A stretch of DNA of 44,366 nt from Octopus bimaculoides (GCF_001194135.2 NC_068987.1:86869663-86914028), one strand, 5' to 3'. Shown: positions 12,305 to 24,949, numbered from the stretch's first letter. Program-made: numbers and translations. The notes: generated by a model from the letters alone, not told the origin.

Positions 12305-12410
12305 CCGATTCCCCGCCTCTCTCTCTCTCTATTCCAGTCTCTCTCCTTCTCTCTCCATCTATATATACATATGGATTGATGCATATATATATATATATAT
12401 ATATAAGTTC
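12305..12410. repeat. (TC)n and (TA)n microsatellites
   Basis: Direct reading. Confidence 0.85.
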
Positions 12411-12610
12411 ATACGTACAATTATTATCCAAAGTACATGGAACAAATAGGAGTTGCAATAAGGGTTGAGCACTTGAACAAAATATCACTGCTTGGAACTG
12501 CTCGAGTACTCCGGATGGTGCTCGAAAAATAAGGGCTGTTACTTTAGTTCACTAGTATTGAGCAGCTGACACTGTAGTACATCTGCAGCGTTAAAATTTG
12601 TGCAAAGACA

Positions 12611-12839
12611 ATAATAATAATAATAATGGTTTCAAATTTTGCCACAAGGGCAGCCATTTTGGGGAGGGCATGAGTCGGTTACATCGACTCCAGTAGTTCG
12701 CTGGTACTTAATTTATTGACTCCGAAAGGATGAAAGGCAAATTCGAACTCGGCGAAATGTGACCTCAGAACGTGGCGAGAGACAAACTACTGCTAAGCAG
12801 AATCTTGTTGAGTGTGCTAACGACTCTGCCAGTTTGCCG
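12611..12839 (-). mobile_element. SINE family A, full length, same tail subtype as 11415-11633
   Basis: ggtttcaaattttgccacaagggcagccattttgggg...ggatgaaaggcaaa...gctaacgactctgccagtttgcc. Confidence 0.92.
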
Positions 12840-12884
12840 GATTATAAAAAGAAATGTTACCATCTCGATTTCAATGGCATTTTT

Positions 12885-13135
12885 TTCCCCACCTGAACGG
12901 GAAGCCGGTCTGTCGCACGATTACTCAGTTTTGAAAGCTGAATGGACGAGAGCAACGTGAAATGAAGTGTTTTGCTCAAGAACACAACGCGTCTTTGATT
13001 TTCCACCAGCGCGATGAAAATTTGAGGGAAAGGTTTTGGGCGGGTGAACTGAAATCATCCTCTCCCTTGATAATCGGAACATAGATTTTAGTGGGGTGTA
13101 AGTTGAAACCACTACCATGCGGTCGGTATCATGGC
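12885..13135 (-). mobile_element. SINE family B (gtgttcttgagcaaaacacttcatttcacgttgct domain), degraded
   Basis: agcaacgtgaaatgaagtgttttgctcaagaacacaacgc at ~12951-12990. Tail similar to 17270-17330. Confidence 0.75.
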
Positions 13136-13539
13136 TGCAGAGCGAACTTGTTAACTGTCTGTCCATTCTGTGCCTACACAAGTGTTTTAAATAAGTATAA
13201 AGAGCCTTCGTTCTTATTCTGCCAAGAAGACGGCTCGTTTATATGAATCGTATTGTCGCTTGAATAGACAGACAACGTAGCGTTCGTGTCTTATCGCCAC
13301 TTAATAAGATATTACCAATAAATATAATGTAAGGCGAAAATAGAATTTGCCAACATTATAACTACGCGAATAGATGCACAAAACTCAATAGGAAAATACT
13401 TCATCGGTAATTTCACATTTTCGTCCAACTAAACTTGCTAATCATAGAGAAATATTGAATGCAACGATAAATTCATGTAGTTCTGTATAGTGACTTGGCT
13501 GCTTCCCATTCCTTCTTTCTAATTCTCACTTTTACACAC

Positions 13540-13839
13540 ACAGACACGAATAATTATATACATACATATATATATATGTGCGTGTGTTTGCGCGGGCGAG
13601 TGAATATCTATCTATCTATCTATATATATATATATATATATANNNNNNNNNNNNNNNNNNNNNNNNNNNNNNNNNNNNNNNNNNNNNNNNNNNNNNNNNN
13701 NNNNNNNNNNNNNNNNNNNNNNNNNNNNNNNNNNNNNNNNNNNNNNNNNNNNNNNNNNNNNNNNNNNNNNNNNNNNNNNNNNNNNNNNNNNNNNNNNNNN
13801 NNNNNNNNNNNNNNNNNNNNNNNNNNNNNNNNNNNNNNN

Positions 13840-13882
<43 letters not shown>

Positions 13883-13950
13883 TGTATGTATGTGTGTGAG
13901 AGAGTTTATGTGTATGTATGTATGTATGTGTGTGTATTTTTATACATGAT
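13540..13950. repeat. Compound (TA)/(TG)/(TATG) microsatellite around gap 13643-13839
   Basis: Direct reading. Confidence 0.9.
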
Positions 13951-14634
13951 TGACTGTATGTGTATATTTGTGTTGTGTAAAGTAAGCAAGGAATGATGTT
14001 ATTTCCACCTTCCAACACATGCCTTAATGCCAATTCGCAAACATTAAATAAACATTCATGAACCGTGATGAATATCAATTGATGTCAGACATATGTGTGA
14101 TTATTTAAGCTCAGTGAACGCAATTAAGAGTAGACTGGAACGAATTCTTTCACCGTTCTACAGACACGGTGTTTCCTGGTAAGTGTCTTGCGTATGTTTG
14201 TGTATATGAAGACCAGGAAATTGGCTGTGGGCTACTTGTGATGTAAATTAAAGGGAAAAGTTTAAGATGACAGGGAAGCAAACTTTATTCAAGTGAATCT
14301 TTAGAATCTAGATTAAAAATTAGTTCATAATACTACAGGGTATTAAATAATTTTTGGTGAGCCGAGTCTTAGTAGATCTATTATCGATAACTTTCGACTG
14401 ATCATGAATAAATATTCCATCTTTCTGTTTCAGGAGTAGTTAATTTAGAACTATAATTTCCAGTATTTATTTAAGACACTCTGCTACGCTTAGATGGTGT
14501 TATATGTATTAATTTTAGCATTTCGAGCCATTGCGTCGAGATTCTTCATTGGCTTGCCATAACGGTTTGATGTCCTCTTGTACATTTAGACTTTAGACAT
14601 ATGTAAATAGTAATATGTTTACAATTAGATATTA

Positions 14635-14675
<41 letters not shown>

Positions 14676-14833
14676 TAAAAGGGTAAAGGATTATCAATTT
14701 ATTAATTAATAAAGCAATTAATAATTAGTAGTTTTTACCAAGCCCATCGGTATGTAAGCACCATTATTGGTGGAGAACTTATTTAAAAGCTCATATATAT
14801 TTATATTTATTTATTTATATTTATTTAAAAGCG

Positions 14834-14865
<32 letters not shown>

Positions 14866-14869
<4 letters not shown>

Positions 14870-14990
14870 GTAGGAAGCTTCCTAACCAACCACATGGTTC
14901 CAGGTTCAGTCCCAGTTTGTGGAACCTTCGGGAAATGACTTCAACAATAGCCGCGGTTCGATCAAAACCTTGCGGGTGGAGATTGCAGAT
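14866..14990 (+). mobile_element. SINE family D, 5' tRNA-like head
   Basis: gtggtaggaagcttcctaaccaaccacatggttccaggttcagtccca matches the reverse complement of 43666-43819. Confidence 0.8.
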
Positions 14991-15269
14991 ATTTAATTTC
15001 GTAAATTTTAAAAAACGCTTTATTTTGTATATTTTCATTTGTCTTGCTCAGTTTTACATTCTGGCGTTTGCTGAAATTTTCTTGAGAAATCACGCTTCGT
15101 AGAAGGCGATTTGACATCTATCTTTAGCATATTAGAATCCACATTGGTGGTCATTCCTCTTATATTTGTATGTAATATAATTTTTATTCTTCGGATTTTT
15201 AAGATATGCTAAGCCACTGGTTTTAATTGATGCTAATTGGTAAATATCAATTTCTATCATCATTTTTTA

Positions 15270-15309
<40 letters not shown>

Positions 15310-15502
15310 CGTATGTATACATACTTACATACGTGTATGTATGTAGGTACTATGTATGTATGTATGTATGCATGTATGTATGTAGGTATTCAAATTCGTT
15401 GGTACTCGAGTTTCAAGCGTGATGCTAGTCTCTAGCCGTAAGATGGGCTGCGATTGGTCGAGGAAGGTCACGTGGGGTCATGGTTTGATGTTGGTATATC
15501 GG

Positions 15503-15642
15503 TATATCAACGACAACAGTTAGTTGGAAAATGCTGCATGGTGAACAGGAAATCGAGCGCGTGGTGGACGGGAAATCGGTCAAGTTGTTAGAGGGGAGGT
15601 AGGAGGTAGGGTATTTTCCAACTATCTGTTATTGCTGATATA
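15503..15642. mobile_element. Small inverted-repeat element, possible MITE (~140 bp)
   Basis: 29-bp arms atatcaacgacaacagttagttggaaaat and attttccaactatctgttattgctgatat, 4 mismatches. Confidence 0.5.
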
Positions 15643-15803
15643 TGGTTAGCACTCCGCTTGAAACTCGGAATACCAACGGGTTTGAATCAAACTGTTTTGG
15701 TCCATACATGTAACTCTCAATAAATGCATTGAGTACCCTTCTTTCGTTTGTCCACTGACTCGTATATATATATATATGTGTTTGCGTGTGTGTGTGTGTG
15801 TGT

Positions 15804-16015
15804 GGAGGTGCAATGACCCAGTGGTTAGGTCAGCGGACTCGCGGTCGTAGGATCATGGTTTCGATTACCATACCGGCTGTTGTGTGTGTTTATTGAACGA
15901 AAACACCTAAAGCTCCACGAGGCTCCAGCAGGTGGTGTTGGCGAACCCTGCTGTACTCTTTCGCCACAGCTTTCACTGTTTCCTCCTATTTCAAAGAGCC
16001 ATTTCTGTCACACTA
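15804..16015 (+). mobile_element. tRNA-derived SINE family C, running into a gap
   Basis: ggaggtgcaatgacccagtggttagg A-box region, ggtttcgattacc B-box, then aaaacacctaaagctccacgaggctcc body. Confidence 0.8.
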
Positions 16016-16357
16016 NNNNNNNNNNNNNNNNNNNNNNNNNNNNNNNNNNNNNNNNNNNNNNNNNNNNNNNNNNNNNNNNNNNNNNNNNNNNNNNNNNNNN
16101 NNNNNNNNNNNNNNNNNNNNNNNNNNNNNNNNNNNNNNNNNNNNNNNNNNNNNNNNNNNNNNNNNNNNNNNNNNNNNNNNNNNNNNNNNNNNNNNNNNNN
16201 NNNNNNNNNNNNNNNNNNNNNATATATATTTATTTATTTATTTATTTATTTATTTATGTATGTAGGTATGTATGTATTATGTATATTTGTACGCTACACG
16301 ATATATATTGACATTAATAAACAGTTTTAATAATTGTATACACAAACCATCTAGTTC

Positions 16358-16367
16358 ACAGATAGAC

Positions 16368-16427
<60 letters not shown>

Positions 16428-16428
16428 G
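16358..16428. repeat. (GATA)n microsatellite
   Basis: Direct reading. Confidence 0.97.
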
Positions 16429-17147
16429 GACTATTACGTTTGTTGATGGTTGAACATATACTATTTCGATTTGGAAGTAATTTTGATTGTACAGAAGAAA
16501 AGAGATAGGTATAATATTCAGTAGAGATGCTAACATCAGAATTAAAACGTCATTTTCGACTTACTTATGAACGTGAAATATTGCTATGGGCATTTTTGTG
16601 AATCCATTTTACAAAGACAGCGGCAAGTTAATTAGAAAGAAAACGAAATTATCTAGAAATCATACAGTGTCGAAACATTTAGGTAATATTGAGTTTTTGT
16701 CACTTGTCTGATGGGAAATTGACCAATTATTTCGTCTTGCTTTTAGTATTGTATTGAATAGCATTTCATGTTATTTCCCAAACTGTCAGGCCAACATATA
16801 ACGTTGTTCTTTGGCCGATGTTCAGCTTGCTAGAGAAGGCGGGTGTCTAATTCAGATTATATATTTTTCATAAGACATGTCAAAATTTCGAAGTGCATCG
16901 GATAAATAATCTTGTGTAAAAATGGTACGAAATATTGACAATTGATATAACCAAATATAGAATTTCTCTGCTTCCATACACAGTATTGCATACCAGGTTA
17001 GCTTATTTGTTTTCTTATCCACCCACCCATCTTCGCTCACAACTCTTGGGATGATCTTGGATGCGAGAAGGTAGAGGCAGAGTCTTTACTCACCTCACCA
17101 ACCATCTCCATTAGTTCCTCTCAAAAACAAATGTTATTACATTTTCC

Positions 17148-17360
17148 TGCTGTTTAAGGTGTTGGTCGCATGATTGTAAGATTGTGGTTTCGATTCTTGG
17201 ACCGGTTGAAGCGTTATGTTCCTGAGCAGAACACCGCATTTTAAGTTGTTCCTTCCCGCTCAGCTGGCAAAAATGAGTAATCGTGCGAAGTCCCTTGCAG
17301 GTGGGAAATATATACACCACGGGAACCGAGAAACTGGTTCTACGAGTCTATGACTCGAGA
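17148..17360 (+). mobile_element. SINE family B
   Basis: ggtttcgattct B-box, gttcctgagcagaacac, ctcagctggcaaaaatgagta. Confidence 0.78.
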
Positions 17361-17384
17361 AACACACTGGTCGGTCCGGTGCTA

Positions 17385-17480
17385 TAACTGAAGGCACTTA
17401 CCCAGAGTGTCACGTCTTGGAAGTGGCCTCTAAACCACATAGTTCCAAAACGAACTTCGCAACCACACAACCATGCCTGC
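17385..17480 (-). mobile_element. SINE family D head, degraded
   Basis: ggcacttacccagagtgtcacg...aaccacatagttccaaaacgaacttcgcaaccacaca. Confidence 0.6.
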
Positions 17481-18454
17481 GCCTAAAAGCCTAAGAGCCA
17501 TGCCTCTGTCTACCTTAACTGATTTAGAATGATTCCTGCTTTTATTGCTTTGTTGAAATAAATCACTGTGCTGTTTCATAAAACATCGTTATATAATTAT
17601 GGATTCTGTAGATTACGACCGTTTATCCGTAAACCGGAATTCGCAAACCAATTTCTAAATGGATTGCAAATCATTTCATATTTCTAATGATAATTTGCTA
17701 ACAAACTTAGGAAAATTATGAATACAATTCACAGTACTATTTTCCTTCAGCCTGATACATCAACGTAACAGATAATCAAAATTTCATACTATGATGCAAC
17801 AAAACAGTTCGTTTTACATTGATTTGCAAACATTGATTTCACCTGAAATGCATAATGAAAATCTATGGAAGTTTTTTCAGACAGCTCTAATAACACAAAA
17901 TTACAGAAAATGATTATAGGGCTTGATCTCTGAAATGTAAAATATAGAATAAAAATTCGGATGCTATACTTAAAAACGTGGAAGATTTTAATTAATGAAC
18001 ACAACCACATAACATTCGATAAATAATTGACGTTGTATAATATCTTCCTCATGATATACAGGATATTTGTCTCATGCACTAGAACGAAAATCGATGTTAA
18101 TTGCTTGACCGCCACATACATTTGGACGATTTTTTTTTTATCAAAGTAGAAATATCCTTTATGATTTATTTCCAAAAGTGAGCTACCACAGTCTGCTGTT
18201 TTAGATTTTACATATAATTATCATATTAAGATACACAACTACAACTTAATTTCAATGATTTAATAAAACATTGAAAAGAAAGTGCGACGATAGATCAACT
18301 CATGTATACATGTATACATACATGCATACATACATACATACATTCATACAGAGATACATACTCACACGTACGCACACATGCACACTCACAACACACACCC
18401 ATATGTGAGTACGAGTGTGTATGTATTAAAGTAGCACAGATTTCATAGAGCCTT

Positions 18455-18458
18455 GTCT

Positions 18459-18527
<69 letters not shown>
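18455..18527. repeat. (TA)n microsatellite
   Basis: Direct reading. Confidence 0.97.
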
Positions 18528-18530
<3 letters not shown>

Positions 18531-18587
18531 AAATGTGTTGAGTGCCCTTCTTTCATTTGTCCACTTATGCGTGTGTATATATATATT

Positions 18588-19600
18588 CATGATGGCCGTC
18601 CACTCATGACCGAGGGAGACTATTGCTGACCTTCAGGATGAGATCCATTGCTCTCACAGTTAGTCTCCTGCATATCACAGGCCTTTAACTCGCAGCCTTG
18701 TTTTCAGCTGGCGTCTCTTTTCATTAATAAGTTCCCCATATAGCATATGTTTAGGGATCCTACAATCCTTCATTCTAATAAGGTATCCAGTCCAACGTAA
18801 CTGGTGCTTGTGCACCATTGCCTCAATACTCAAGATACCAGCTGTCCTCAGGGCCTGTGTGTCTGTAGTTTTTTTATTGTCCCGCCAACATTCAGAATGT
18901 GCCTCAGACATCTCTGATGAAAGCGTTCAAAAACCCTTACATGACGTTTTTAAAGGTTCAATGTCTCACATGAGTAAAAGATCGATGTCAGTACACATGC
19001 ACGGTACACAGCAATCTTTTCTTGCTTTGTGATACCATGCTGGGACCAGACACGAAACTGAAGAGACCGGAAGGAATCAGTTGCTCTCTGCAGCCTGAAA
19101 GATATTTCATCATCTACGGTACAAGAACGGCTGAGTGTGCTGCCCAGGTAGACAAACAAGTCTACCAGTTTCAGAATTGTTCTTTCAACCAAGATAGCTG
19201 ATTCCACATATAGATTTCCTAGTGCAGCCTGGAACATTACAAAAGTCTTTTTTCAGTCTAATGCTGAGTCCAAATGCCTTGCAAGATGCAGAAATACGAT
19301 TCATAAGTATTTGCACGTCATCCACTGTGTGAACGTCATCTGCATAATGGAAGTCACGAATAAAAGACTAGTAAACCTTTGAATTGGCAATAAATCGGCG
19401 CAGATTAAAGAGGCGGCCAGAATATCGATACCTGATATATATTCCCAGAGAGCTAACCTTAGCAAAAGTATGATAAAAAGCAGCAGCAATGTACAAAGAA
19501 AAGAGAGTTGGAACAAGGATGTCACCTTGCTTGACACCATTCTCTAGAGGAATGGGTCCTGCCATGTCAGTAGCAACGTTGACTCAAGCCTCCAGCCCAT
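18588..19600 (-). mobile_element. 5'-truncated RTE-clade (Bov-B-like) LINE, reverse transcriptase pseudogene
   Basis: Frameshifted peptides: GVKQGDILVPTLFSL (RT motif), FIRDFHYADD (YADD at ~19337-19348), FVYLGSTLS, DDEISFRLQRA, VLTSIFYSCET, QLRWTGYLIRMKDCRIPKHMLYGEL. Confidence 0.93.
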
Positions 19601-19719
19601 CATGAAATTAATTAATTATAGATACAAAGTGATCCGGACATCAAAGTTTGCCAAGTATTGATGTCTGTCATTAGCTCATCTACTGAGGCTCTTTCTCTGT
19701 TGGCAAGAAATCTTGAAAA

Positions 19720-19800
19720 ATGACACACACATACATTGAATAATGACACATACATACATTGAATAATGACACATACATACATACATACATACATACATGT
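19720..19800. repeat. ~24-bp tandem repeat (aatgacacatacatacattgaat) merging into (CATA)n
   Basis: Direct reading. Confidence 0.85.
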
Positions 19801-20168
19801 ATATGTATGTATTATCGTTCGATTCTTCAGTCATCTCAGACAGTGTGACAATGCGTAGCCAAAGTGATGCGCCATTCATTTTTCAGCAGTTTACAGACAA
19901 AACTAATTCCATTGATATGGTGACAGACAAAATACTATTATATCCAAAATATAAAATACAGAAACAAAGACGACGACAAAAAAATAAAAGAAAAAAATAC
20001 AATTATATTCAAAATAACAGAAAAAAGAGTTGGACAAGAAAAAAAAAGATAGTAAAAAGATTAGGTTGACTATAAATCAAGATTTTTTCTTCATGGTCAG
20101 ATTGTATGGAAGAAAATGCTAAACAAAATAAGTAATGCAGTTTTATATTTAAGAGATGAACAATTCTG

Positions 20169-20478
20169 TACATTATTTACATTCGACGAATATTTGTCCT
20201 CATCTTCTTTGTTGTTAACACAACGTTTCGGCATATGGCGTAGTGGTTAAGAGCGCGGGCTACTAACACCAAAACTCCGAGTTCGATTCCAAGCATTGAC
20301 CTGGAGACTAGCAATAATAATAAAAATAATAATAATATCAAAATTACCTTAGGAATGAGAACCCAGGTTCGAAATTTCCCCCAAGACACCTGATCAAGGC
20401 TGGAGGGTATATCAGCCGAAACGCTGTGTTAACAACAGGCAAGATGAGGATAAATATCTATCGAATGTAAATAATGTA
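20169..20478 (+). mobile_element. tRNA-headed short retroelement with a hammerhead 3' region and a 63-bp inverted terminal duplication
   Basis: A-box tggcgtagtggt (20236-20247), 7-nt loop ctactaa, B-box gttcgattcc (20281-20290), (AAT)n linker, HHR at 20385-20430. 20169-20231 is the reverse complement of 20416-20478. Confidence 0.8.
20385..20430 (+). ncRNA. Type I hammerhead ribozyme motif, probably inactivated
   Basis: GACAC-CUGAUcA-a-GGCUG[gagggUAUAU]CAGCC-GAAA-CG-cU-GUGUU. Stem I gacac/gtgtt, stem II ggctg/cagcc. G8->C and U16.1->C. The inverted copy (20217-20231) keeps the wild-type-like CCGAAACGUUGUGUU. Confidence 0.7.
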
Positions 20479-20672
20479 AAATCAGTAATGGAATGAAGAA
20501 TAAAATTAAACGTTTAGAGATAGTAAGCTACGATTCTATCCTGGTGTGTGTAAACTGATTTCCAATCTGTATCACCTTCCAATAAATATTGTCCATATAC
20601 ATTCTGCATTTATTTAATTGTGTACCAAAAACTAGTAATATATATTTATGGAATGGAGTTAGGCTGAGATTG

Positions 20673-20728
20673 CGGGACTGAACCTTGAACTATGTGGCTG
20701 GAAAGCAAGTTTCTTACCACATAGCCTA
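20673..20728 (-). mobile_element. SINE family D head fragment
   Basis: gggactgaacc...actatgtggctggaaagcaagtttcttaccacatagcc. Confidence 0.6.
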
Positions 20729-20867
20729 TAAAAGTTTGATAACTATCTTAGTGATACAACACTTCACTGATTTATTTCTTGTATTCTTTGAGATAAGGAA
20801 ATGACTTGTATGTCATAACTGGCGCGGGATTAACTATGATGTGGGGGAGAATATAATGTATCATACC

Positions 20868-20935
20868 TCCCTGGATATATTACTGGTACTTGATTTATCA
20901 ATCTCAAAGTTATGAAGGCCAAATTCATCACACGT
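20868..20935 (-). mobile_element. SINE family A core fragment
   Basis: actggtacttgatttatcaatctcaaagttatgaaggccaaattc. Confidence 0.6.
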
Positions 20936-20979
20936 CAGAGCCGGTTTTTGTTGCATTTTCAAAAATACAACGTTCACAA

Positions 20980-21372
20980 TTTGTGTGTGTGTGTGTGTGT
21001 GTGTGTCTGTATCTGTATGTGTGTGTGTGTGTATGTATATGTGTGTGTGTGTCTCACACACACACACATACACATATTCTCTTTCTCTCGTTCTGTTAAC
21101 CTTTTTCTCATTCTCTCTCTCTTTTTCACTCGCCAATTGTCTTCTCTTTTTGTCTCTCTCATTTTCTCTCCTTCACTCCCTCACACTCTCTCACCTTCAG
21201 TCTGTTAATCTCTCTCTCACAATCTTTCTCTCTCATTCTGTTAATCTCTCTCTCTCTCTCTTTCATTTTGTTAATCTCTCTCTCACAATCTCTCTTTCTC
21301 TCATTCTGTTAATCTCTCTCTCATACGCTCGTTCCCCCTCTCTTTTACCTTCATCTCCCTCTCTCTCTTTCA
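20980..21372. repeat. (TG)n, then pyrimidine-rich minisatellite with recurring cattctgttaatctctctc unit
   Basis: Four to five tctgttaatctctctc units between 21200 and 21322. Confidence 0.88.
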
Positions 21373-21544
21373 ATTAATCATATTTCGCAGTTGCATATTA
21401 TACAGACGGTTACATTATGGTTTGTAAGTCACATGTAGGAGTCACATTGATAGTGCTATTTTGGTAGAAGTTAACAAAAACTTGAGTCCATTTGCGCTTA
21501 GGTTTAGATTTAAAGAAATAACAGAAAGTAGATGTTTAACAACG

Positions 21545-21695
21545 GTTTCAAATTGTAGCACAATGGCAGAAATTTCTTGTGGGTGGGGTCTAGTTGAATA
21601 CATCGACCCCAGTATTCAACTGATATTTATTTTATCGACCTTAAAAGGATAAAAGGTTAAGACGACATCGGCGGAATTTGAACCCAGAACGTATG
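21545..21695 (-). mobile_element. SINE family A, 5'-truncated
   Basis: ggtttcaaatt tail, catcgaccccagta, ttatcgacc..aaaggataaaagg, ggcggaatttgaacccagaacgta. Confidence 0.85.
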
Positions 21696-22369
21696 CGTCA
21701 AAGTTGCATTTTCACGAATATCGGCAGCGCATACATTTGTATTTGAGTTCTCACTGTCAACGCACACCCTCAACAAGATATTGTTTTTAATTCTAAGTTA
21801 TTCAAAGTAATTACTTTTTTTCAAAGACAATTCATATCTTATTACTCATACCGTTTGGTTAATTTGCATTGTCTCATAATTGCATGGCATCTGTTACTGC
21901 ACGAAGAACGGAATGGATTCTTTGATGTATTTCATTCCCTAGAAAACGAAGGATCGATATAGTTGTATCCTACAAATTTCTCACTACTGGGTGACAAAAA
22001 CAATCTTTTCTTTTCGGGGAAAAATCTTAGTACTTCCTATTAACACTCTGAAAGCAAATATTGCAAAACGAATGGAGTGTCATGCGAGACGTTTTAAGGC
22101 GGTAAAGAGATTGGAGGTGTTGAGTTAAAACTTTTAATAGCTATGCACGTAAGTAGCAAAAGCAATGAAGTTTTACGTTTCTAGGTTTAATGATGTCTTT
22201 ACAGAAGCTTGGATGCTAAGTAGATTTGAGGTACAACAGATGGAAACGTGTAATTATAAGAATGACACCTCTTCTAACATAAAGAATTAAATTGGGAGAA
22301 CTTTATATGAGATATTCCTATTTCACATGAACATTCTAACATGCATGCACACACTGTTGCACACTCTCA

Positions 22370-22391
22370 TATATGTATGTATACGTATGTT

Positions 22392-22460
<69 letters not shown>

Positions 22461-22855
22461 ATACATATATATCAATTACATATATAAACACATACATATA
22501 TATATGTATATATATGTATATAATTATATTTATTTATTTATTTATTTATTTTATTTATGTATGTATATATGTATGTATATATGTATTTATATATACATAC
22601 ATATGTATATATGTATGTATGTACGTATATATGTATAAAAATATATGTAGATTCATACAAACATACATACATAAATATATATATATATATAATTNNNNNN
22701 NNNNNNNNNNNNNNNNNNNNNNNNNNNNNNNNNNNNNNNNNNNNNNNNNNNNNNNNNNNNNNNNNNNNNNNNNNNNNNNNNNNNNNNNNNNNNNNNNNNT
22801 ATGTATGTATGTATGTATGTATGTATGTATGTATGTATGTATGTATGTATGTATA
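22370..22855. repeat. Compound (TA)/(TATG)/(ATTT) microsatellite around gap 22695-22799
   Basis: Direct reading. Confidence 0.95.
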
Positions 22856-24949
22856 TTTGAGTAGTTCTGAATACAGAAAATAACATAAAACAGCGGCGGC
22901 GGAAAAGCTATGAAATACACTTTCATCCAAAATATAGGGATTTATAGGACTAGTACTTGCACATTGCATTATATAGGAACTGAAAGGCAAATCTCTCGGA
23001 CGTAATACACACAGAAGACGTTATCAGTTATGTTTCTGCGTGAATCTATTTTAGTAAACACAATATAAACTCTACAGTGAAAATGAAACTTAAATCCATG
23101 GCTGAATAAAATTTATCTGGATATAAATTTAAGCAATAAAATTTCTTATCTGAAATGAAAAATCTCCGCATTTCTTGAAAGTTATGTATTGCCACAATAA
23201 ACTAATCTGATTATGGAGTATTTGTGCAGCAACAACGGTAATAAAATACAAGAATGACTTGGAGTCTAAACAGTAGCAACTACAACCTCGAGGGTTTTCT
23301 GCTTGGTCGTTTGTTATGATATGCAGATCCATCTCAATTTGTACCGTACTAAACATATGAAGAATGTATAACGAATTTGTATAGAAAAAACATGAAAGGA
23401 TAATAGTCAGAACCCTGTTCAATCACAGGATAACTTGATCGGAAATGACATAGAGCGACACAACTACTACTTACTGAAACCGTTTTTCATGCGATGCGAT
23501 CAATATAACTTAGTGATGCCTCTGTAAAAATCATTCAAGTTATTTACGACGAAACCATATGATGGCCAACTAGTTATTATCCGTGTTTTATGAAATATGG
23601 CTCACCTCCGTTGTAAACGAAATGCCAAACGAACTAACATATCGACATCTATTACTTATCATATGTACATCATGTGTCAATGCACGGCAAGAAAATGAAA
23701 AACAGTTTCTATTAAAGATACAGAAATAGTCTAGTTAGCTGCATATAAGGTTAAGTTCACCCGTTTCCATATATTTACGTTTCATCTAATAAAAATGCAA
23801 CTTTCCCCGAGTCAATATTCACGAAAATATACAAATGCAAAGTAAAAATTAATAGATTCCGGAGAAAAATTAATTTAACCAGGAATATAAAGAAGCTAGA
23901 AGCTATTCAAATAATCTATATAAAATATGTGGTTTCGGTTTTATGTCATTTTTTTTCTTTTGCTAGGCAGTAAAACATTGCTACGCAATAATATTTTTGC
24001 ACGTCAACAATCCTATGAATTTATCTGGATATTGAATACTTTATTAAGATTGATAAGTTCGAGAATGAGAAAAAATGGAAAACAGGGAAAAGAAATAGTG
24101 ACAGCTAACTTTTCTCATAAATCACTTCTTAAAATTTTTATTTTGGAAAAGCATTTCAACAATTTTGTCTTCTACGTACTTAACACGTGTTTCTTCATTT
24201 TCAAGTTGTTACAGTGGGTGCTTGATATTTCATCAAATTGCTATTGTTGCTGAAGATTTTTTTTTCTTTCTGCACCTTCAGTTGCTGTAAAAAAAAACAT
24301 GGCGGTTTGGAGTATTTACTGCTGACAGCAAAACAATATTAGAAATTACTCGACTCCCATGACACTATTCATTTGGAAAATAATATGTGGCATTCAAGCA
24401 TATGAATTTTTGGCATCCATTACGTGGCTCAACTGCCACTCATTTGCAACACCTTAATAGAATTGATTCGGTATGAATATTGAATATGCACAAATGATTT
24501 CAAGCAATGGGAATGCACTGAAGGAGACAGTACCATTATCATTATATTCGAGTTTAATGTTTTCATCTCATCGCCGTGTCCAGTCTATGCTATAGTTTTC
24601 TGCCTATACAAGGAAGACAGTACTTGTGTATGTTTTTCCTGAAATCCAGAACCATGAAACGTAAAACTAACTTATAGAATTGAGTGATAAAGAGATGTTT
24701 ATTTAAAATAGAAAGTCAATAGTACCACAAATATACAAGTTTCGATTCGATTTATATTCGATGTATCATAACACTTGACTGATAGGTACTTTATCGAAAT
24801 CTGAAGGCTTAATGAGGTTGTAAACACCAACCTTCAGGAAATGTAATGCAAATTATAAAGGAAGATAACTAATTCTGCAGGAATTCGCAGACAATCTGCC
24901 GATTCTGGCACTGAAAGTCTTAGAACTGCTAACATTGATATCCTACATA

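Noticed and set aside
15718-15775. ~55-bp segment repeated at 18527-18585 (aataaatg..ttgagt.cccttcttt..tttgtccact)
   Set aside because: Most likely the end of another dispersed repeat beside (TA)n; too short to classify.
20231-20300. Possible tRNA gene (loop CTACTAA)
   Set aside because: Acceptor and anticodon stems pair poorly, and the sequence continues into a repeat body with a hammerhead, so it is a SINE head rather than a tRNA gene.
21200-21322. Regularly recurring unit suggesting a CRISPR-like array
   Set aside because: Spacers are (TC)n low-complexity sequence in a eukaryotic context with no cas genes; it is a minisatellite.
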